This document shows, in pieces, positions 28,798 to 37,411 of a DNA stretch of 58,700 nt. Each line of letters starts with the position of its first letter. Position 1 is the first letter of the stretch. The stretch covers positions 1 to 58,700 of IMG/VR virus record IMGVR_UViG_3300021420_000036; one strand, given 5' to 3'. The notes below the pieces were generated by a model. That model worked only from the letters and a program-made list of their open reading frames with translations. It was not told where the DNA came from and did no database searches. The DNA comes from a virus (lineage: Duplodnaviria > Caudoviricetes). Made by a program: the position numbers and the translations under genes.

Positions 28798-30120
28798 ATG
28801 CCAGAAATAATGACAGGTACACCACCGCCGGTGTCAGAGACACCGGCCAATACCGCGACACCAGCGCCAGCACCCACAACGCCATCGCCCGCGAGTTCGC
28901 CGAACCGGGGAGCGAGCGCGACGCACCCGGCGGTCACGTCAAAGCCGGTGTCCAAGCCGGCGCAAAATATTGCTGATGCTTACGCAGAACTTAATAAGAT
29001 GGCAGGCGCGGGCGATGAGGACGCGGATACGGCTTCGGTTACCGAACCCCGAGAGTTACCGCCAGTGCCAGGAAAAACGGCACAGGAAGGGAAGGACAAG
29101 CCCGGGGACCAACAGGAGGAAACCGAGGTAACGGAGCCGGAGAAACCCGAGAATGCCGAAAAGCCAGTCAAAGCCAAGACGCTGCGGGAGAATTATGACA
29201 AACTCAAAACCGAAAACGCGGAACTGCAAAATCGGATCAAAGCCATCGAAGAAGAGCGGGCGAAGCCGGCCCCCGAGGACCCGGAGAAAAAGAAGTTAGG
29301 GGAGACGCTGGCGCAGCGCGAGGCGCGGCTGGCGGAACTGGAGGAGACGCTGCGGTTCAAGGATTACACGGCGAGCACCGAGTATGAAACGAGTTACCGG
29401 CAGCCCTACCTGAAAGCGTTTGCGGACGGGCGCGCGACGGTGGCCGGGCTCAAACTGGTGGATGCCGAGGGAAATTTGCGGCAGGGGACGGACGCGGATT
29501 TTGACCACATCATGGCCATCCAGGACCCGGACGCGGCGGCACAGGCGATTGAAGAGGTGTTTGGCACGGGGGTGAAGGCGCAGATGGTGATTGGCGCGCG
29601 GGAAAAGGTGCGGGACATTCTGGGCCGGGCGCGCGAGGCGGAGGCGGAATACAAAAAAACGGGGTCACAGCGTGACCTGCAAAGGGCCGAAGAATTCAGG
29701 AAGAAGCAAGGTGAGGTGGCTGCGGTGTTTGACAAACAGGCGAAGGAGGCGGTGGAGAAATACCCAAAACTCTTCAAGCCCATCGAAGGTGATGAAAAAG
29801 GAAATCAGTTATTGGAGGCGGGCTTCGCCCGCGCGGACGCGGCGTTTGGCGGTGCTTTCCGTGATGCGCAGGGGAAATTTGTAAAAATGACCCCGGTGGA
29901 CCTGGCGGCGCTGCACGCGGAAGTGCGGAACAAGGCGGGCGGATTTGATCGGGCGATTCATTTGCTGGCGCAGGAACGGAAGGAAAAAGCGGAGTTGAAA
30001 AAGAAACTGGCGCAATACGAGGACAGCGAGCCCAGTGGCGGGCGGCGCAACGGGAAAACGCTGGGGCAACTTTCCAGCGATGACCAGATCATGAACGGAT
30101 TGCTCAAGTATGCCCGATGA
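28798..30120 (+). CDS. Probable capsid scaffolding protein
   Basis: Pro/Ala/Glu-rich disordered N-terminus plus long coiled coil, directly before the capsid gene. Confidence 0.65.
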   Translation: MPEIMTGTPPPVSETPANTATPAPAPTTPSPASSPNRGASATHPAVTSKPVSKPAQNIADAYAELNKMAGAGDEDADTASVTEPRELPPVPGKTAQEGKDKPGDQQEETEVTEPEKPENAEKPVKAKTLRENYDKLKTENAELQNRIKAIEEERAKPAPEDPEKKKLGETLAQREARLAELEETLRFKDYTASTEYETSYRQPYLKAFADGRATVAGLKLVDAEGNLRQGTDADFDHIMAIQDPDAAAQAIEEVFGTGVKAQMVIGAREKVRDILGRAREAEAEYKKTGSQRDLQRAEEFRKKQGEVAAVFDKQAKEAVEKYPKLFKPIEGDEKGNQLLEAGFARADAAFGGAFRDAQGKFVKMTPVDLAALHAEVRNKAGGFDRAIHLLAQERKEKAELKKKLAQYEDSEPSGGRRNGKTLGQLSSDDQIMNGLLKYAR

Positions 30121-30447
30121 TTTTACCGCAAAGAACGCAAAGACAAAGCTGGCCACGAACTCACGTTCGTAGCTACATATAATTTGACCCCTTGCGTTTT
30201 CGGAAACGATGCGTGAGTGGTAAGACAGGTGCCGGTTGAGCCGGCGAACACGAGAGTCACCTACTCGTTCGGGCAGTGGAATAACTGCATCGCTCCTACA
30301 GTGCGTGTCGAGCGAGCGCGACGGTGACCGTAAAGGCGGTCGGGCCGGGGGTTAAACCTCGGTGGGCTTCACAACTCATAAAATCGAAAGTCTCCGTGCG
30401 TACTGACGCATACGGAGCATGTGTTTCAACAGTGAAAAAAAGATTTT

Positions 30448-31866
30448 ATGGCAAATACCGCACCGTGTCCGCAGTCCAACAAACTGCTTTCCGGGTGTTC
30501 ATTCACCCAGTTCCTGGTGGACCAGGAACCCGTCTATGACAAAATGATTCTGGAGGACGTCCGGCCCGAGGACGGCTGGATTCTGCACGTGGACACCGGG
30601 ACCTTCGAGGCTTACTCCGGCGTGCAACACACCCTGGACCGCTTCAACCATGTGTGGCCGAACGTCACCAAGACGTGGACCGCGACGACCGCCGGAAACT
30701 GCCTCGGCACGCCGTGCGACAAGGTGGAGCATTACATCACGTGGGGTGCCACGAGGCTGGTGTATTTTCTGGAAGAGCAGTCCTGGGCGACGACCCTGCT
30801 GTGCTTTGACCAGGAAATGCACGTGACGCATGCGCGGGAGCAGTTCCGGCAGATCATCTCCGACATTCTCAAACCCGCGACTTCCGCCATCTGGTCCAAC
30901 TACCTGCGCAAACGCGTGGCGCAGTATGCCGGCCAGCAATGGGTGGCGAACAATGTGTTCGGCCAAGCCGGCAGCGCCTTCACCTACAACTGGGTGGTGG
31001 TGGGCGATGAGGAAATTTACATCGACTGCACGCTCAAGCCGACGAGCAAGCTGACGCCGCAGATGCTTTCCCGCCGGGTGCAGCCGCTGATGCAGGTGGG
31101 GTATTTCGGAAAGCAGCCGTTCAAGGACATGCCGCCCATGATTGAACTGGTGACGGATTTGGAAACGTGCTGGGAACTGGACCATTTGGGCGGCGGTTCG
31201 ACGCCCTACGTGCCCGGCAACACGGCCAATGCGCAGGGCGGCCCGACGGTGATTGGGAACTGGCGGTTTGAACAGTGGGATGCCTCCACGAAGTATTGGA
31301 AATACGGTTTCAGCGGGAGCATTGGGAACTATGTGGTGCGGGTGGACCCGTTCCAGTTGCGGTTCAACTTTGTGGGCGTGGTGAACGGGCTGTTCCGTTT
31401 CCAGGTGGTGTTGCCCTACGTGAATGTGCCTTCGTCCGGCGCGGGCGGCGCGGCGGGGTTGAAGGACCTGGTGAACCCGAGCTTCCAGGCGGCGTTGTAT
31501 TGCTGGAGTTATTTGTGGCACCGGAAGGCGCTGCAAGTGCTGGTGAGTGACGCGACGCCGGTGAATCCCGAGATGCCGTTTTCCAGCCGTAACTTCGGCG
31601 GGCGGTGGCAGTTCGTGATGGACAACCTGGGCGCGGACGTAAACGGGCAGCCGATTGAAAACAAACGGCGCAACAAGGGGCAGTTCATCGCCGACTTCAA
31701 GCAGGCGGTGCGGCCCCAGTACACGGAACTGTCGGAACTGATTTTCCACATGCGCGAACCCGCGTGCGTGATTGTGGTGGCTCCGTGCAGTGCTGATCCG
31801 GGCTACCCGGCGCAGAATTACGAGAGCGACCCGAACGATTGCACGGGCAATCCGATTGTGGACTGA
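30448..31866 (+). CDS. Major capsid protein
   Basis: 472 aa after the scaffold and a long leader; distinctly C-ending codon bias; position in the head module. Confidence 0.72.
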   Translation: MANTAPCPQSNKLLSGCSFTQFLVDQEPVYDKMILEDVRPEDGWILHVDTGTFEAYSGVQHTLDRFNHVWPNVTKTWTATTAGNCLGTPCDKVEHYITWGATRLVYFLEEQSWATTLLCFDQEMHVTHAREQFRQIISDILKPATSAIWSNYLRKRVAQYAGQQWVANNVFGQAGSAFTYNWVVVGDEEIYIDCTLKPTSKLTPQMLSRRVQPLMQVGYFGKQPFKDMPPMIELVTDLETCWELDHLGGGSTPYVPGNTANAQGGPTVIGNWRFEQWDASTKYWKYGFSGSIGNYVVRVDPFQLRFNFVGVVNGLFRFQVVLPYVNVPSSGAGGAAGLKDLVNPSFQAALYCWSYLWHRKALQVLVSDATPVNPEMPFSSRNFGGRWQFVMDNLGADVNGQPIENKRRNKGQFIADFKQAVRPQYTELSELIFHMREPACVIVVAPCSADPGYPAQNYESDPNDCTGNPIVD

Positions 31867-31894
31867 CCAGACGGTGTCTGGACTCAATGGGGGA

Positions 31895-31918
31895 GAAGCG
31901 GACTGAAGTCCGCGCTCC
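31895..31918. repeat. GGAG-type REP palindrome family D GAAGCGGACTGAAGTCCGCGCTCC (31895, 32274, 35488, 55606)
   Basis: Near-identical 24-mers with a GCGGACT/AGTCCGC hairpin. Confidence 0.88.
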
Positions 31919-31933
31919 CCCCGAAAGAATCTT

Positions 31934-32275
31934 ATGGCATATCAAGCAAGTTATCCCGATGCGGCTGACGACACCGATGCAGGTGCGGGTGCCGAGGCCA
32001 CCACAACTGATGATGCGGAAAAGCCGGAAGGCAAGTCCCCGGATGACGGGCAGGAAGACGAAGATGGGGACGAGCCGGAGGACAGCGGCGAGGAGTCGGC
32101 GTTGATTCCAAAGAGCCTGCTGGCGGGGAAGGATTTTGAGCCGGGCGAGGAGATTGTTTTCCAGATCGTGAAGATGCGCGGAGACGAGGTGGAAATCAAA
32201 TACGCCTCGGACAAGGGTGAGTCGGAGATGGGGAAGGCGGACAAGAAGCTGGCCGGAATGGGGAGTGATTATTGA
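31934..32275 (+). CDS. Acidic hypothetical protein
   Basis: D/E-rich ORF flanked by identical REP copies. Confidence 0.65.
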   Translation: MAYQASYPDAADDTDAGAGAEATTTDDAEKPEGKSPDDGQEDEDGDEPEDSGEESALIPKSLLAGKDFEPGEEIVFQIVKMRGDEVEIKYASDKGESEMGKADKKLAGMGSDY

Positions 32276-32306
32276 AGCGGACTGAAGTCCGCGCTCCGAA
32301 TGAATT

Positions 32307-32651
32307 ATGCCAGCGGCATTTTCGAGCGACCCGCAGACGTTGGTGAATGAAGCACAGTGCCTGGGGTGCATCCCGCTGGGGATGCTGCTGCCGGCGTTGA
32401 TTGGTCAATTTTGTCAAATACCTGGAGCTATGAATTGTGATCCCCAAACGATTGTGACGAACGCGCAGTGCATCGAGTGCGGGATACCGCCTGGAATGCA
32501 GATGCCGGTCTTAATTTCACTGGCGGCGCAGATAGCCGGCGTGAGCGCGGACCCGGCGGCGCTGGTGGACAAGGCCAAGTGCATTGAATGCGGCATCCCG
32601 CCGGGGATGCAACTGCCGGTGCTGATCTGGCTGGCGTGCCAGATTGCGTAA
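32307..32651 (+). CDS. Cys-repeat protein (three repeats of about 36 aa)
   Basis: DP..LV..AQCI.CGIPPGMQ.PVLI.L.CQIA repeated three times. Confidence 0.78.
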   Translation: MPAAFSSDPQTLVNEAQCLGCIPLGMLLPALIGQFCQIPGAMNCDPQTIVTNAQCIECGIPPGMQMPVLISLAAQIAGVSADPAALVDKAKCIECGIPPGMQLPVLIWLACQIA

Positions 32652-32654
32652 GCC

Positions 32655-33155
32655 ATGGCCACGCCAGTTCCATGCGATGCGGCCAGTTTGATTGCGGGCG
32701 CGCAGTGCATCGCGGGGTGCATCCCGCCCGGGATGCAATTTCCCGTGCTCGCGAGCCTGCTGTGCCAGATAGCGAACAACGGCGGGACCGGGGGCGGCGG
32801 CGCGGCCAATTTTGTAAGCGCGGATTTTCCGCTGACCAGCGCGGCGATCATGAACACGCCACACGGGTTGGGAGCGCAGCCCAAGAACGTGCAGGGGTTT
32901 GTGGTGTGCGCGGTGGCGGACGCGAACACGGGATACCAGCCGGGAGACCTGATACAGCCGTTTGGTTTTTACGATCCGAACGCCGGGACGATGGTTTTTA
33001 CCGTGTGGGCGACGGCAACGAACGTGGGCGCGTCTTCGGACGCGGTCCTGGTGGGCAATGAAGCGAATTACGGGATTGTGGTGCGCGGGGGCGGAGTGGT
33101 GACCAATCCGTCCAGTTGGACAAATTTCAGATTCAGGATTTATGCGTCATTATAA
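32655..33155 (+). CDS. Virion-like protein with one Cys repeat and a fibre-type domain
   Basis: Fourth repeat copy, Gly linker, then HGLGAQP..V...VC...GYQPGD. Confidence 0.7.
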   Translation: MATPVPCDAASLIAGAQCIAGCIPPGMQFPVLASLLCQIANNGGTGGGGAANFVSADFPLTSAAIMNTPHGLGAQPKNVQGFVVCAVADANTGYQPGDLIQPFGFYDPNAGTMVFTVWATATNVGASSDAVLVGNEANYGIVVRGGGVVTNPSSWTNFRFRIYASL

Positions 33156-35322
33156 ATTGACACTCGTAGTGTGGTTTTGGTTGATCGCCACGGCGGCGTT
33201 CGGACAGCAGGCGAATTTCTGGCACCAGTCGTTGTGGTGGGATGGGGCGAATGTGACCATGAACGGGGTGGACCGGATGACCAATGTCAGCGGTTTGTTG
33301 CACCTGACCAATAACGTGCAAAACACGGTGGGAATTTCGTTTGAACCGAGCGCGGGACTGGGAGGGAATTCGTGGCAATTAACGGGCACGCCTGGTGGCA
33401 TCTCCATGACGCCCGCCGGAGGTCTGTTTGCCGTTCCGGGCACGATCTCGGGAACTTTTTCAGGCAACGGAGCGAGTATCACCGCCCTGAATGCGACGCA
33501 ACTGACGAGTGGCACGGTGCCGGCGGGGCGGCTGGCCACAAACGGGTCGGCGCTTACGAATCTTTCCCTCGCGGATGGGGCTAACGGCACCTGGGGAAGT
33601 CAGGCTGGCATGAAGCTTGCCAGTGGTGGGCCTGATGTTTGGTCGATGGGCAGTCCGGCAATGTGGGGTTTGGCGGGTGACAATGCGGCGGAGATGCAAA
33701 GCGGCTCAACCAACGTGTTGGATAACAGCGGGTGGGGAGTTTCGATCACCGGATATAGCCCTGCCGGTCAAGTGGTTTTGGCGCGCACCCAAGGGTTGAC
33801 CATGAGCTATATCTCCACCAACCGAACCGATGGGTTTATCAATGCCGCGATGGAGTTCGTGGCGAATTATGACGGGATTCTGGCCAGGGTGTGGGCTTTT
33901 TGCTCGCCCGGTGGCGGGCATGTTGGGGCCAGCGACTCGATGAATTATGCGTGGCTGATGTGGGATGCCGAACATACTACGGTGGGTGTTCCATTAACGC
34001 CGACTGGATTCACAAACGGAGGATGCAATCAGCCAGATTCAATTGTGTGGGATGTCACAGCCACGCCCCCGACCAACGCGCCGACGTTTTATAACGATGT
34101 TTATGTGGATAGTGCAGGAAAGGTTTTGACGGCGTACTCGAACAACGCGGCAAAAACACACCTGTTTTTCACCAGCTCATCGGCGGGAAATCCTGTCGCC
34201 GCCGGCATCTTGACCAAGATTTCAAACCTGACCAACACGGCAAGCGATGCGACGATCACTTACAGTGCTGTTTCGGCAAATCGTGGCTGGATTGGATGGG
34301 GCCTGGCTGTGGACCAGAAAACAGGTAATACGACACTCAACAGCAACATTACATCACTTCATGGAAATTTCGTGGCTCGTAATGCCAGCACCAACAATAA
34401 CGGACTCAATATTTTCAGTTTTGGTGGAAATGCCACTCCCCAAGGGGCCGCTTTTGTTTTTGGGAATTCCAATAATCCACAAGGAATGGGAGAAGCAACC
34501 AGTCGTGGAATTGTCACCATGCAACTGGGGACCGGAACGCAGCCGTTCATGGCGGCAATGAACCCCAACATTCCGGCCAATAACGGCTGGACGCCGACTG
34601 CCGCCGTCCCGTCGGTGGCGTTTGGCGGTCTGGAATTGGGAGACACGGCCAGTTTCGGTTCGTGCGACTACGAGTTTCATGGCGGAGTTGGCACCATGAT
34701 CACCAATAAAGCGGCAAACTACACCCTGACGATTGACGACAGCACGGTGGTGGTGAAGGCAAATGGGGTGGCGGTGATGAGCATCCCGGATGCGACGGGA
34801 AACAATACGGTTTCACACGGGAAATACCGGCTATATCAACTGGTCAATGACGGGACGACGAATTTTACCATCATCACGACGAGCAACGCCGCCGTGTCAA
34901 CCAATCTGGAAACCATCGGCAACTCCACGACCGCGACCAACCTCACGGTTGTGCCTGGCCAAGCGCTGCAACTGCAATCCGACGGGGCCAACTGGAAAAC
35001 CACGTATTCGCCCGGGGTGATAACCACCAACTTTGTCAGCGGCCAGATTTACACGAACACGTACGGACGCTTGATTGAGGTAAGCATGAACGCGGTGTTG
35101 ACGACCACCGGCGTGGCGGGTGATGCCAGCCTGTCTTTAATCGCCTCCGGCTACCGGACCAATTATTGTTCGGAAAGCACACTGCTAACGAGTCTGGCTT
35201 CGACCAACACCAATTATGTGGCGATGGTGATCCCACCCGGACAGACCTATACCGCCTCCAACACCAGCGCCGGCGCGGGGGATTCGGCCAGTCCGCTGGG
35301 GGGTCAAATACTGGTTTACTGA
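33142..35322 (+). CDS. Tail fibre/adhesin-like protein with an N-terminal signal-peptide-like sequence
   Basis: G/T/N/S-rich beta protein; FSGNGASITALNATQLTSGTVP..RL; NYTLT.DD..V and LQSDGANW fibre motifs. Confidence 0.68.
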   Translation: MRHYKLTLVVWFWLIATAAFGQQANFWHQSLWWDGANVTMNGVDRMTNVSGLLHLTNNVQNTVGISFEPSAGLGGNSWQLTGTPGGISMTPAGGLFAVPGTISGTFSGNGASITALNATQLTSGTVPAGRLATNGSALTNLSLADGANGTWGSQAGMKLASGGPDVWSMGSPAMWGLAGDNAAEMQSGSTNVLDNSGWGVSITGYSPAGQVVLARTQGLTMSYISTNRTDGFINAAMEFVANYDGILARVWAFCSPGGGHVGASDSMNYAWLMWDAEHTTVGVPLTPTGFTNGGCNQPDSIVWDVTATPPTNAPTFYNDVYVDSAGKVLTAYSNNAAKTHLFFTSSSAGNPVAAGILTKISNLTNTASDATITYSAVSANRGWIGWGLAVDQKTGNTTLNSNITSLHGNFVARNASTNNNGLNIFSFGGNATPQGAAFVFGNSNNPQGMGEATSRGIVTMQLGTGTQPFMAAMNPNIPANNGWTPTAAVPSVAFGGLELGDTASFGSCDYEFHGGVGTMITNKAANYTLTIDDSTVVVKANGVAVMSIPDATGNNTVSHGKYRLYQLVNDGTTNFTIITTSNAAVSTNLETIGNSTTATNLTVVPGQALQLQSDGANWKTTYSPGVITTNFVSGQIYTNTYGRLIEVSMNAVLTTTGVAGDASLSLIASGYRTNYCSESTLLTSLASTNTNYVAMVIPPGQTYTASNTSAGAGDSASPLGGQILVY

Positions 35323-36074
35323 TGAAGATCAATAAACCGTGGTGGTGGTGGGATGCGGCGTTCATCACGGGAATTGTCCTGGTGGCGGCGGCGGGAATTG
35401 CCTGGGTGCGGCCCGGGCAGACACCGGCTCATATACTGGTGAGACCGGCGTGGCAGGCGATCATGCCGCCGGGAATGGCGGGAAATGGAAGCGGACTGAG
35501 GTCCGCGCTCCCGCCGACGCGGGCACTCGTGGCGGTGCCGATTCACAAGAATCTCTTGCTGGCGATTGCCCCTGATATAACGTTTGCCTGTGACATCGGC
35601 GCGGGTGGTTATGACGGGGTGAATTTTTATGAATCGGGGCAGCAGGGAAACTACACGCTGATCCAGACCTTCGGGGCGACGAATGTTTTTCCGGTGAGCC
35701 TGGACACGAATTGGCCGCATTTTGTGGAGGTGCGGACGTTCATCCACTGGCCGGCACCGGGAGTAATCCAGACATTCACGAATGACGACGGCAGCACGAC
35801 CAGCATTACCAACACGTTTTACGAGGGCGTGGTGGCGGACTATTTGTGGGTGCCGGCGGGAATGACGAACCAGTGGCTGGCGCAACTGGCGGACGGCAGC
35901 ATGCAACTGATTGGCTGGGGAACACAGGGTGCCACGTACACGGTGAAGCGCGGAGACACGTTGCAGGGACCGTGGGACGAACTGGGGACGATACCGGGGA
36001 CCAACGGGCCGTGGATGGTGCCGGATGACGGGACCAGCGCACAAAGGTTTTTCTGGACGACAGTGACGAACTGA
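35322..36074 (+). CDS. Membrane-anchored/exported protein
   Basis: N-terminal TM helix; C-terminal GATYTV...L..PW..L...GTNG...D....RFF domain. Confidence 0.65.
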   Translation: MKINKPWWWWDAAFITGIVLVAAAGIAWVRPGQTPAHILVRPAWQAIMPPGMAGNGSGLRSALPPTRALVAVPIHKNLLLAIAPDITFACDIGAGGYDGVNFYESGQQGNYTLIQTFGATNVFPVSLDTNWPHFVEVRTFIHWPAPGVIQTFTNDDGSTTSITNTFYEGVVADYLWVPAGMTNQWLAQLADGSMQLIGWGTQGATYTVKRGDTLQGPWDELGTIPGTNGPWMVPDDGTSAQRFFWTTVTN

Positions 36075-36097
36075 CCAAGCGGAGCTTGGAACCTATA

Positions 36098-36140
36098 TTA
36101 AAGAGGGCCACCCGCTTATCACGCGAGTGGCCCCATTTTG
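36098..36140. terminator. Bidirectional intrinsic terminator
   Basis: Stem AGGGCCACCCGC-loop-GCGAGTGGCCCC with T-rich tails on both strands, between convergent units. Confidence 0.72.
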
Positions 36141-36430
36141 TGTAGACGGCGTTAACAGTGCCGCCCCAACATTTCAAGTGTTGGAACACTGGAAACGAAG
36201 TTTATCTTTGGTCACGAGCAACCTGCCGGCGCTGAACTTGATCCCGGCGCGATACCACTTCGCCATCCCGCCATCTGGAGGCGGGAGAGGGATTTGAACC
36301 CTCGTCTCCGGTTGGTGATGCCAGCATTTGCACAGTTTCCGTTTCGTTCCGTTGGTTGAGCCTTCGGGTGATAGCCTTAACATCAGCCTGATCCTGAATT
36401 TCACCCTGAGCCTCGAACGGGGCATTTTAA
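36141..36430 (-). ncRNA. Candidate structured ncRNA with a circularly permuted tRNA-like domain (YrlA/Y-RNA-like) and a hexamer array
   Basis: T-arm, 3' acceptor with CCA, 5' acceptor and D-arm in permuted order at 36311-36244; flanking segments are complementary. Confidence 0.78.
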
Positions 36431-36445
36431 GTGCCCCACCCGAAA

Positions 36446-36634
36446 TTATTTTTTATGGTTGCCATTCCCGGCGAGCAGCCACGATTTGAAAAGTTTCCAG
36501 CACTCAACACAGATGTGGATTTTATCCACCTGCCTGCTGGGGGTTTCGTCCGACAATGTTTCAGGCGGGGAAAATGCGAGCCCGCCGTATGCTTTCAATT
36601 CTTCTCCGCATTTGTCGCATTTGGGCTTTATCAT
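36446..36634 (-). CDS. Small CxxC...CxxC protein
   Basis: CDKCG...GGLAFSPP...KIHICVECW. Confidence 0.65.
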   Translation of the reverse strand: MIKPKCDKCGEELKAYGGLAFSPPETLSDETPSRQVDKIHICVECWKLFKSWLLAGNGNHKK

Positions 36635-36643
36635 GGTATTCCT

Positions 36644-37405
36644 TCATTTTTTGCCGTGGACCACGAAGGACAGGAGTTTGTGGCCGATTTTGGCGGACTG
36701 GTCCGTCTCCTGGTCATTGGCGCGGGAGCGCGCGCGCCGGACGGCGCGAATGAGTTGTTCGGCGCGGTCCAGCAACTCCGACTTTTGCGCGGGGGTGATC
36801 ATGCCGGACCATTCCTGTTCGGCAATGGTGCCGGTGACGGTATCCACGGGCACCATTTCCGTCTGGGCGGGATGCTCCTTGGTGGCCTCGTATTTGACAA
36901 TGACGCGGATGTCCTTTTTCGTCCGCGCTTTGGTGATGTCCCGCGCGCGGAAGATGCCCGGGCCTTTCTGCGTATCCGCCTCGAAGCTCTTGGCGGGGTC
37001 CAGCGTGGGGACGGCGGAGAGGAGTTCACGCACTTCCGTCATCCGCTTTTCCAGTTCGAGCAGCGACGTGGCGGGAATATTTTTGAGCAGAACGGTGCCG
37101 GCCTCGTCATCCAGCACGAGATCGGCCCGGGCCTTGGTGTTGGCTTCCGCGACCTGGTAACTGGCATCCAGCGCCTTGGTGATGTGTTGGGACACCCATT
37201 CCAGTTCCTTGGCCACGGTGGATTGCAGCGAGGATTGCTGTTCCAGAACGGGCGGCGCGCCCTCGGTGTTGGGGGTGAAGGTGACGCGTTTTTCCTCAAA
37301 CAAATGACGTTTCTTGGCGAAGGTTTCGGCCAGGTCCGTCCGCACTTTCAAAGCCTGGGTTTCCAGGCTGGTTTCGACCGCGAGTAATTCATGTAGTTTT
37401 GCCAT
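36644..37405 (-). CDS. 253-aa helical/coiled-coil protein of unknown function
   Basis: MAKLHELLAVE...PATSLLELEK...PTLDP...KYEATKEHPAQ...WSG...AVRRARSRAN; has its own promoter. Confidence 0.85.
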   Translation of the reverse strand: MAKLHELLAVETSLETQALKVRTDLAETFAKKRHLFEEKRVTFTPNTEGAPPVLEQQSSLQSTVAKELEWVSQHITKALDASYQVAEANTKARADLVLDDEAGTVLLKNIPATSLLELEKRMTEVRELLSAVPTLDPAKSFEADTQKGPGIFRARDITKARTKKDIRVIVKYEATKEHPAQTEMVPVDTVTGTIAEQEWSGMITPAQKSELLDRAEQLIRAVRRARSRANDQETDQSAKIGHKLLSFVVHGKK

Positions 37406-37411
37406 GCCAGG

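Noticed and set aside
32307-35322. Diversity-generating retroelement acting on fibre genes
   Set aside because: No reverse transcriptase and no template/variable repeat pair differing at adenines seen
36236-36272. Intron-containing or ordinary tRNA-Leu(CAA), or two-piece tmRNA
   Set aside because: The 3' half lies upstream rather than downstream, and no intron core is visible. It has a full D stem, no G3-U70 pair and no convincing tag ORF, so it is not tmRNA
36174-36425. 83-aa minus-strand ORF over the ncRNA
   Set aside because: Its sequence is explained by the hexamer periodicity and tRNA-like stems; no protein-like features
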